A DNA stretch of 64,000 nt from Convolutriloba macropyga (lineage: Eukaryota): NCBI RefSeq assembly GCF_964194025.1, contig NC_134468.1:54932001-54996000 (forward strand), written 5' to 3'. Made by a program: the position numbers and the translations under genes. Positions 55,101 to 61,378 of this stretch are shown here, one piece after another. Within the stretch, counting starts at the first letter, position 1. Each line of letters opens with the position of its first letter. Under the pieces are notes generated by a model. The model saw only the letters and a list, made by a program, of their open reading frames with translations. It was not told the DNA's origin and ran no database searches.

Positions 55101-58100
55101 TGAAATAAAAAATGGATTTGAAGATTATGTCTACAAGTTTTATTTTTTAACCAGTTTACAATTAATTCATGTATTATTTTGATTTTTGTGCAATATAAAG
55201 CAAACAAAAAAAATTGTATCTTCAAGGTTTACGTTAATCGACGAGAAAAAAATTATATAAATTAACCCACGCTCGGTTGTGGTGAACGGTGATCTGAGCT
55301 GGTGGAGTTTTAACTAATTTTTTGCATCGATAGGAGAAAGCTGAGTTTCAACTAATTTGCATTAATAGGAGAAAGTATGTTCAAAAGTCAACCAAGAACC
55401 AGATGAGAAGATCGCAGTAGTGTCGATAAAAATTTAAAACGTCTGTTCTCTAATTATTTTCTCTGATGCTGTAACAAAGTTTCCATATGTGATCAATTCA
55501 ACTAACAGTCAAATTGTACACTTAGTTACCTGAAGTACATGGTTGTGGAAAGTATTTTGCAGCAATAAAAACTGTTCTGCTTCGCCAATAATGTTTTTTT
55601 TTACTATTCTAATAATTGAATTAATTACATTGAAAGCAATCCTATAGAATTACTGTTCAATTGGATATGAGACCAAAATCAGTCTAACTAGACAACGAAA
55701 ACATCCATGAGAATTTATGTATCAAAAGTCGAAGAAACACAATTCTTTTTTCGTTCTCTCCAAGGGGTTTTTCTCTTTTGTTTTTGAAAAACTAATTCAG
55801 CGACATTGATGACCAACTAGACGCCGTAAAACCAATGGTGCAAGGTTATAAGGAATAGACTAATTTTATGGACATTGAAAAGAAAACTTAGATTTCCAAA
55901 AGTTTTCTGATTTGAATTATTTGTTTCTTAATGAAAGCAAAATGTACTAGTGACTGCCTCACATTTTCAGTTTAGCGAAAAAACAAGTCAACTGTAACCA
56001 CGTTGAAGGCTCAAAACCGAAATTGATTTCAAGGCTGAGAAATAATCCACAGAAAAACCAGAATGAAAAATAGCCTGTTCCTTTGTTTCTCAAAAATAAA
56101 CGTACTCTTGTTCGGTTCCGAAGTATTCCGTATTTCTGCCACTATGTGAAATTTCTCTCGTTTCAATTTTCAAAAACGAATTGTGGGAAGTGCGCTCAAC
56201 GCTAGCCATTTAGAATTTGGTAAAAATTTAGTCAAAATAACAATTGTTTGATCTTCCTCTCAAATCGGAACGTTCAAACACTTCTTTAATCAAACGAATG
56301 AACAAACAGCAGATTTGAAGTGATTGTGACGTCTTATGGTCGTAAGGAAAATTTTGAAAAAAAACCAAGAGAAGGCCAATAGCAGCCTCAACTTCCGCTT
56401 CACGGCTATTAAAAATGTAAAGCAAGATTTTTCATTTCAAAAATTATAAAACGCCGCACCAAAAATGCTAGTTAGATTCTAAAATTAAACTTAATTCATC
56501 TTTTTAACTGAACACTATTAGGCTCAATACTAATGCCAGCTAGCAATCGCTTTAATAAACTTTGATAACCTAATGCACTATGACTTAATGACTGACAGGA
56601 TTTTGTTTGCTTATCCTGTTGCTTTTGATCTTTTGATTTTGCTATTTTGACTTTGACCGTATTCATTACATTGCGTAATTCAATACGTGAAAGAACTTTA
56701 AATCCATTCAGTTGAAAAAGTGAGTGAAGTAAGTCAGAAGTAATGCATGAAAATCTTGACTCATGTAAAACGAAAAACGTGATCAAAAGATAAAGCGACT
56801 TTAAAAAAGGAGAGCGCCTAAACAATAGCCGTTGAGAGGCTGGCGGCGGCTATTAACAAAAACAAAAATTTATATGTTACGAAAAGATAAAACATAACCG
56901 ACTAACGTCGGGCGAATTGCTCTCAAACGACCGGCGAGCGGTTGGCTTCGTCAGTAGCTAGCCACGGGGGGAGGTGCACCGGGGGCTGATGGGGGCAACA
57001 GCGCGGTGGGGGTGGAGGCAATAGTGGGGGGTCAACAGGGGGGGGGGGGGGGGGGGGGGGGAGGTGTCTCAATCTCTAAGAACCGCCCTTGACACCATAA
57101 GTATAAGTCTCCAAAACAGTTTGAGCAGAAACAGAGCTGAAAGGCTCTAAGAGCACTTAATGCCCACTGGGTGCTACCTGTTTATCCCGTTTTTGAGGAC
57201 GAAAAGTCAGAAGCGTCAGACGAAAAATCGGTCAAGCGAAAAATCGCATAAAAAAAAGACCGACAGGACTAATATAATTGCTACAAACTTCGTTTGAGAG
57301 CAATTAATCAATTAACAATTATCAAGTACAAAAAATACGTTATAGGCATTTGCAGGTACTAAAACTGCACAATCCGAGTAGCTGAAGAGGAAATCTCAAT
57401 TCCTGTAATACCACTAAGGGTATAGTAGCGTCTACAAAAAGTTTTATTATAAGCAAAAAATATACTGAGCTAGCTGGTGTTTAGGTGACAGCAAATTTAG
57501 AACATAGAGTAAACTTCACTAACTAAAACCATTAGGAATTTAGTGTCTCCAAACCTTAATTCGAGGGTTATTAGTTTGGTACCAAAAACTACTTGAAAAC
57601 ATTTTAACTAATTTTTGTTGATCAATATTTTTTTAACTTTCTTGCATTCTGAGTCAAGAATATACAGCCAATTTTTCAACCGCTGAAAAAAAGTGTTTTA
57701 TTTTTAACTGAAGCATTGGCCAAACTTTCATATGCACCTAAAAAAGGTCCTTAAAATTAGCTATTAAGTTAAAACCGAGAAATTGGTTGAAATTCAACGT
57801 TATAAAATTTGTCAGCATATTGATGCCGAGCAAAAGTGCAAATGAAACGCATCTGATGAGTTGAGCGGTGTCCAAACAAGGAATTGTCCTTTTTACCATG
57901 AATTTACGCAAAAACCATGTTTTTTACCAGAGTTGGATTGCTGCAAAAAAATAAACCACATAACCTCAGATTAATTTCTCTCTAATAAAAAGCGGGTCAA
58001 TTTTATTTACAGGGGGTATAGCTTAGAAATGTTTTACGGGTTTTATTTACGCTAAAACATTAGAGTTTTGTACGAGTTGGATTGCTGCCCAGGATATTGG

Positions 58101-60663
58101 GCGCCAAGGTGACACAAGAGCAAAATGAACCGAATAACCTCAGATTAATATCTCTCGAACAACAGGCGAGGGCAATTTAATTTACAAGGGGTATAGCTTA
58201 GAAATGTTTTACGGGTTTTATTTACGCCAAAACAGTAGAGTTTTGTACAAGAGTTGGATGCTGCTCAGGTTATAGGGCGCCGAGGTTCCAAAGGATCAAC
58301 CAACGAAAGTCGAATGATTTGCTCTCGAACGACAAGCGCGGACAATTTAATTTGGAGGGGGGTGTAGCGCAGATATATTTTATGGGTGCAAAAAAAACGA
58401 ACCCAGAGCGGTTCGAACACCAGATCTCAAGGTTGGAAGTCTGACATGTTAACCAGTCAGATATAACGGCTTTGCTTTCCTTTCGCTAAAAATCGCTTCA
58501 AGATCCGCGGTAATCGGATACTTAACCACTGGTAGGGATCTAAGAGAAATAATGCCACCGGGCCGTAGCTGGTTATTACCCTTCTTTGCAAAAAATCGGT
58601 GGAGCAATAACTTTTTGGTCAGACAACAAAACCAACAACAGACAAATAATTGCTACAAACTTCATTTGAGAACCATTGATATGAACATGATATATTGTAC
58701 AATGTAGAGTAAAACACAGCCAACAGATTGCCGAAAATAGCAGCTATTACTTGCCATGTTCCAGATTGTGATTGAAAGAACAGAAAAAAATGGAAAATGA
58801 TTTTTGAACAAAAAAATTCAAAGTGCGATCTATCTTGATGTCATTTCATGAATGGACATACTCCTATTTGTTAATGACAGGATATAGGGACTAATATCAA
58901 TACCAATAAAGATTGAAGATGACAACTAAGCCTCAAGAGCTAAGAACAAATTTTAGGTACCGGACATCTGAAATTGGGCATTATGGTTTTATCCTGTATA
59001 CTTTTGATTTGATCTTTGATACTGACTCTGTTAATTCTAGATTAGTTTGCTATGCAGTTGCTTAGAAAACTGAACCTAGAAATGACCAGGATTGGTAGAA
59101 AACCATTTAGAAAAAACCAATAAAAAACTCTAGAAAAAGTCAAATAGCCGCCCGTGAACAAAACATAACAATCGAGAAAGCGGATTTTTTTGTTCAAACA
59201 CCCTTTTCTCACTCTATTTTAAATTAGAGTGAAAAATTTCGTGTCGCAAAACCACTCGCTTTTCGCTCCAGTCCTTGTTTCGGCGTGACCGAAACCACTA
59301 CTACTTGACTTCAAAAATGAAAATGTGTGACGAGAAGTCAAATAACTTTGTTCCTTTCGTCGGGAAGTCAAATAACTCCGACAAAAAGTAGCAAAACGCA
59401 AATATTTTCAAATTGTTTGAGGCCAATGAAAAAATTCCGGCAGAAATTCACTTACCACACCGTTGAATAGATAGGATCTGATGCCAGGATAGACTATCCC
59501 TATTTTTGATTTTCAGAATTTCTTTGCATAAATTTTTTTATAGGCCAATATATATTAAGCTACAAAACCTTACCCATATATTTTGACAACGCCTTTTCGC
59601 TAATATTTACTACAATGTCATCACGCACAACCAAACATACATCTTGCTCTCACCAAAGTTTAAAAAAACCGACTTTGATTCTTAAAATTTTATAACGAAA
59701 CCAGCAGGCAATTTTAATCCGTAAAATCGATTGACGCCAGGAAAATTTATTTACATCTCCAATATTTGATCTGGAGATTTGTGATCATCATGGAAGATTC
59801 GCCAATGAATTAACTTACATGCTCAGGTTTGTTGAAAGTATAGCAGTTTCTCAATACAAGGTTGACGTCATCAATGCACTCTTGAGCGTTCACGTAATAG
59901 TTATTATCCAGGCGTTTTTTGATGCTACCTAAATCCATGGGATTCGTGATTATGTCGTAGTAGCTCTGAAACAGAAACGTTGCGTAGCTGTCACTGTGAC
60001 AACAAAACTTTTTTCGTTCTAAAACCAAGCAGGCATATTCTCTTCACTTCATTTCTGCATAGCCATGAAGCCGGGGAGAGGGCTATAATGGTAAAAAACC
60101 AAGGGGGTCAGTTTTTAGATTTAAAAGACAAAGCAAAAACAATTTCCACGCGCTTTTCATTTGAGTTTCTCTGCTTAACTGCCACCACTCGAGTTCAGCT
60201 GCTTAAAATTGCGAATGCGATCGTCATTTAAATCACTGTGACCACAATAATGCTGCAAACTTCGTTCGAGAACAATTAATGAAGTTTTATTTCTAAACAT
60301 CTACTGACTGAGCCAAAAGCGACTTCAGCGATTGATACTGATTGCTAGACAATAGAAGAAAAACATACCGGAACTCTAAGAGCGATCGGATCCACGGGGG
60401 CTTTGAAGTATCGAGCGCACTTCAGATTCAATATGGGTCTTATAACTGTCATCAGCAGGTATTTAAGTTGGTTTGTCCAACGTCCTCGGCCTGGATATCG
60501 GTATACTGGGGGTGGTAAAATTGTCACATCCTTAGGGTCAATAGGCACCAAAGAATTACTGTTATCACTCATGTTATCGCTGGATTCTGAATTATTCTTG
60601 CTGGAAGCAGATGCTGCTCCCTCCGGTATCTTGAAATCTTTCGAATCATCTGTAGTACCCGAA
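6914..60663 (-). CDS. BRD4: BET-family bromodomain protein gene (BRD4/fs(1)h-like), whole spliced span; 17 exons in window, 3' end (and possibly 5' end) outside window
   Basis: Two bromodomains, motif [14 protein letters not shown], motif B coiled coil, ET domain, SEED tract and BRD4-L-like 'WAS...[10 protein letters not shown]' motif occur in canonical order. All inferred splice junctions are GT-AG and keep the reading frame. Confidence 0.95.
7583..7721 (-). CDS. BRD4: BET exon 16 (long isoform), Gly-rich
   Basis: TTGACAG|[31 protein letters not shown]...FA CA|GTATGT. Phase 1 in matches the donor at 32447; phase 2 out matches exon 17. Confidence 0.75.
12698..12738. repeat. (CCA)n microsatellite
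   Basis: Direct observation. Confidence 0.95.
13137..13182. repeat. (GA)n microsatellite
   Basis: Direct observation. Confidence 0.95.
14600..15600 (-). mobile_element. 5'-truncated decayed LINE (RT fragment, CR1/L2/Jockey-group-like)
   Basis: NFLTDR...[16 protein letters not shown] and [11 protein letters not shown] (degenerate YADD). Confidence 0.85.
16485..16942 (-). mobile_element. HINE-1 copy with poly-G tract
   Basis: Hairpin/subTIR start, G-rich middle and conserved core. Confidence 0.8.
18123..18430. repeat. Foldback inverted repeat (MITE-like), arms ~110 bp
   Basis: ggacagtcactgaccaaacaaacagagttgcaagatcttgaaagaacatataatac pairs with gtattatatgttccttcaagaccttgcaactcttgtttgtttggccagtgactgtcc. 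Confidence 0.88.
19169..19608 (-). mobile_element. HINE-1 copy
   Basis: aattgctcttgaacga ... tcgtttgagagcaattaa. Confidence 0.8.
21160..21527 (-). mobile_element. HINE-1 partial copy
   Basis: G-rich tract, core and end aattgcttccaacaacgctcgggagcaattaa. Confidence 0.7.
21768..22272 (-). mobile_element. HINE family 2 (DINE-1/Helentron-type), representative copy; others at ~28605, 33478, 34568, 41946, 48379, 49367, 49957, 58715, 60962 and end fragments at ~34240, 52410, 56410, 56855
   Basis: Terminal hairpin CTGGCA-GAT-TGCCAG, subTIR AATAGCCG ... CGGCTATT(AA), partial IR next to the distal subTIR, no TSD. Confidence 0.8.
23721..23791 (-). ncRNA. tRNA-like Pol III cassette (Asn-like GTT loop), degenerate
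   Basis: A box TAGCTCAAGTGG and B box GGTTCGAGCC; stems imperfect. Confidence 0.6.
24258..24405. other. Assembly gap (N run) in GA-rich low-complexity DNA
   Basis: Run of Ns flanked by gaga and purine-rich sequence. Confidence 0.99.
24862..24933 (-). ncRNA. tRNA-like Pol III cassette inside HINE-1 (24780-25148)
   Basis: A box TAGCTCAATTGG, B box GGTTCGAACAC, then TTTT; cloverleaf decayed. Confidence 0.6.
25530..25938 (-). mobile_element. HINE-1 variant copy
   Basis: aattgctctcgaacga ... tcgttcaagagcaattaa. Confidence 0.75.
27178..27512. repeat. Near-perfect tandem duplication, ~167-bp unit x2
   Basis: tgggtaaaatggcaggttgggtatcatggc...catttccttg repeated. The ORF track shows duplicated peptides. 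Confidence 0.92.
28340..30193 (-). mobile_element. Cluster of tandem/nested HINE-1 copies with a nested HINE-2 (~28605-29110)
   Basis: Repeated subTIR starts (~28480, ~29180) and ends (~29150, ~30100, ~30190). HINE-2 hairpin cagattgccggaatagc inside. Confidence 0.75.
30240..31470. repeat. Diverged ~200-bp tandem array; 30331-30555 nearly identical to 31241-31465
   Basis: Recurrent ttatcaaaccctagaggaggttccttga at ~30245, 30445, 31090 and 31355. Confidence 0.85.
32161..32166 (-). promoter_or_regulatory. Candidate polyadenylation signal AATAAA for the short isoform
   Basis: TTTATT on plus strand about 245 nt downstream of the read-through stop. The hexamer is common in AT-rich DNA. Confidence 0.45.
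32409..32647 (-). CDS. BRD4: BET exon 15: SEED-like tract; terminal exon of short isoform (stop at 32409) or spliced at 32447 for long isoform
   Basis: [27 protein letters not shown]. Internal donor CAG|GTAAAA at 32447/32446; read-through gives [11 protein letters not shown]-stop. Confidence 0.88.
32734..32868 (-). CDS. BRD4: BET exon 14: post-ET coiled segment
   Basis: [11 protein letters not shown]...[21 protein letters not shown], comparable to BET KKxELEKRL. TTACAG acceptor, GTAAGT donor, phase 1/1. Confidence 0.85.
33233..33415 (-). CDS. BRD4: BET exon 13: ET domain core
   Basis: [52 protein letters not shown]; phase 1/1. Confidence 0.94.
35979..36088 (-). CDS. BRD4: BET exon 12: start of ET domain
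   Basis: [36 protein letters not shown] matches the ET N-terminus ([11 protein letters not shown]). Phase 2 in, phase 1 out. Confidence 0.93.
37071..37706 (+). pseudogene. LINE upstream ORF, SGNH-hydrolase/esterase-like, frameshifted, with basic C-terminal tail
   Basis: Candidate SGNH blocks [20 protein letters not shown] and KKVHQ across frameshifts, followed by a Lys/Arg-rich tail. Confidence 0.5.
37720..38175 (+). repeat. Tandem ~100-120 bp repeats in the LINE inter-ORF/5' region
   Basis: About five copies of the cgtgaatccggaggctcctcggagtatcggaattgcat core. Confidence 0.85.
38189..39070 (+). pseudogene. LINE ORF1 remnant (PHD finger plus RRM-like nucleic-acid-binding region)
   Basis: CKTC...SC..MH..SC...CNTC, then [24 protein letters not shown]. 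Frameshifts and stops present. Confidence 0.75.
39075..41712 (+). pseudogene. LINE ORF2 remnant (APE endonuclease + reverse transcriptase)
   Basis: [11 protein letters not shown] and SDH (APE); [38 protein letters not shown] (RT); C-terminal [12 protein letters not shown]. Multiple frameshifts. Confidence 0.92.
42105..42176 (-). ncRNA. tRNA-like Pol III cassette (Asn-like CTGTTAA loop) inside HINE-2 (41946-42415)
   Basis: D arm GCC-GAGTGGTTAA-GGC, B box GGTTCGAGAC, followed by T6-GCACCC. Confidence 0.65.
42637..42719 (-). ncRNA. tRNA-like Pol III cassette (Met-like) inside HINE-1 (42537-42927)
   Basis: A box TAGCGCAGTGG, perfect B box GGTTCGAATCC, followed by T5-GCACCC. Confidence 0.65.
43056..43221 (-). 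CDS. BRD4: BET exon 11: basic linker before ET
   Basis: TTGCAG|[10 protein letters not shown]...GGPGRKKV...[14 protein letters not shown]|GTAAGT; phase 1 in, phase 2 out. Confidence 0.8.
43417..43612 (-). CDS. BRD4: BET exon 10: low-complexity linker
   Basis: TACAG|[15 protein letters not shown]...STSVSK A|GTTAGT; phase 0 in, phase 1 out, which is needed to join exon 11. Confidence 0.75.
43804..44304 (-). CDS. BRD4: BET exon 9: basic (BID-like) segment and S/T/A-rich region
   Basis: TTACAG|[27 protein letters not shown]...; donor GTG|GTTAGT, with an alternative in-frame donor ending the exon at 43789. Confidence 0.8.
44373..44444 (-). CDS. BRD4: BET exon 8: motif B coiled coil
   Basis: [24 protein letters not shown] continues 'ALQKQ', comparable to BET LQEQLKAVHEQL. 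TTTCAG acceptor, GTAAGT donor, 72 nt. Confidence 0.85.
44740..45201 (-). CDS. BRD4: BET exon 7: end of BD2, Ser/Thr-rich region, start of motif B
   Basis: [11 protein letters not shown] completes BD2; ends TIAALQKQ|GTTTGT; 462 nt. Confidence 0.9.
45840..46753 (-). mobile_element. Tandem HINE-1 copies
   Basis: Core nearly identical to 56990-57305, a duplicated end, then a second G-rich copy. Confidence 0.8.
47073..47679. repeat. ~600-bp foldback palindrome (MITE-like), arms ~290 bp, loop ~35 bp
   Basis: Left arm gaattgcaattccggag...acttgttgatac is the reverse complement of right arm gtgtcaacaagt...ctccggaattgcaattc, with few mismatches. Confidence 0.95.
52596..52823 (-). CDS. BRD4: BET exon 6: bromodomain 2 core
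   Basis: [76 protein letters not shown]; TTTCCAG acceptor, GTAAGT donor. Confidence 0.96.
52853..53437 (-). mobile_element. HINE-1 copy filling most of the intron inside BD2
   Basis: aattgctctctaacga ... tcgttcgagagcaat; several poly-G runs. Confidence 0.8.
53500..53757 (-). CDS. BRD4: BET exon 5: motif A and start of bromodomain 2
   Basis: [14 protein letters not shown]...[13 protein letters not shown]...[21 protein letters not shown]; 258 nt. Not in the ORF track. Confidence 0.95.
53855..53956 (-). CDS. BRD4: BET exon 4: linker
   Basis: TTTTCAG|[34 protein letters not shown]|GT; 102 nt, phase 0/0, open frame. Confidence 0.7.
54086..54832 (-). CDS. BRD4: BET exon 3: end of BD1 plus long Pro/Glu/Ser-rich linker
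   Basis: [27 protein letters not shown] completes BD1 helix C. TTTAG acceptor. The donor TCC|GTTAGT is inferred (747 nt, in frame). Confidence 0.85.
56898..57307 (-). mobile_element. HINE family 1 (DINE-1/Helentron-type non-autonomous rolling-circle element), best-preserved copy
   Basis: Perfect 16-bp subterminal IR AATTGCTCTCAAACGA (56915-56930) / TCGTTTGAGAGCAATT (57290-57305). Terminal hairpin CCGAC-TAAC-GTCGG at one end, partial IR beside the other subTIR, A-rich flanks (TT on minus), no TSD. Confidence 0.85.
57928..58320. repeat. Tandem ~145-180 bp repeats abutting a HINE-1 end
   Basis: gagttggat(t)gctgc occurs three times; aacctcagattaat...gggtatagcttagaaatgttttacggg occurs twice. Confidence 0.85.
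58399..58470 (-). ncRNA. tRNA-like Pol III cassette (Gly-like CTTCCAA loop) inside HINE-1 (~58300-58680)
   Basis: A-box-like TATCTGACTGG, B box GTTCGAACC, followed by T8-GCACCC. Confidence 0.6.
59819..59965 (-). CDS. BRD4: BET exon 2: bromodomain 1 core
   Basis: [49 protein letters not shown]; TTTCAG acceptor, GTAAGT donor, 147 nt, phase 0/0. Confidence 0.95.
60369..60663 (-). CDS. BRD4: BET exon 1 (in window): N-terminus and first half of bromodomain 1
   Basis: Encodes ...[42 protein letters not shown]. Acceptor TTTTAG at 60665-60664, donor CCG|GTATGT. An in-frame ATG (MSDNSNS) at 60572 is a possible start. Confidence 0.9.
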
Positions 60664-61276
60664 CTAAAACACCACATTCAATTCCACAACAGACAACGTT
60701 AATTGAAAGCGACTGCAATGGTAGGCAATACATTTTTTAAATACAAATAAGCAGATACTTTATTTTTATTTTACCAATTTTTCTTACCAATCTAAAAACA
60801 TATTTAGCTATTTTATTCCATGCTCATTAAGCTCTCCAAATGTAGAATTTAATTCGAGATAGGATCAAAAATGTCTATCGTCGCATATTGCAAGTGTAAC
60901 ATGAGTCTAATCAACACACCATTGTCGCAAATTGGGCAACTGTTGTAATCGCAACAGTTAAAACATAGCTGGCAGATTGCCAGAAAATAGCCGCAATAGC
61001 TTCGTAGATCTGGTCTCAAAAAAACAGTAAAAGACAGACCAAAAAATTCTCTTTTCATGTTATACGTTATTGCTGTTGTTGTTGGGGATTTACAGTTTTC
61101 ACTGAGGGGATTTTCGTCCCAGTCGTCGTCTTAGAAAATTGTCCTATTATTTCTGCAGATCTGACAGTCACAGCATAGCTGCCCGTTAGCTGCTCTCAAA
61201 TAACCAAATTTGAGGGAGAGCTTGACACCTAGTTTATCCGTTTGTAAAAAAAATGCCATGATGCTATCGATTTATG

Positions 61277-61378
61277 GGGTCTTTCCCATTATAGCCCCCC
61301 CCCCCCCCCCCCATGAAATTATAGCCCCCCATTATGGTATATTTACCATTATTGGGGGGGCTATAATGGGAAAGAACC
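61277..61378. mobile_element. Merlin-like MITE with 8-bp TSD; a second degenerate copy at ~61590-61716
   Basis: TIRs GGGTCTTTCCCATTATAGCCCCCC / GGGGGGCTATAATGGGAAAGAACC flanked by GATTTATG on both sides (61269-61276, 61379-61386). Confidence 0.8.

Noticed and set aside
56898-57307. Classifying HINE-1/2 as SINEs or ordinary TIR MITEs
   Set aside because: The inverted repeats are subterminal and asymmetric with an extra hairpin, and there is no TSD or poly-A tail. This fits the DINE-1/Helentron type. No autonomous Rep-helicase is present in the window to confirm it.
23721-58470. Functional tRNA genes
   Set aside because: Acceptor, anticodon and T stems do not pair properly. Only the promoter boxes and loops remain, so they are reported as tRNA-like cassettes.
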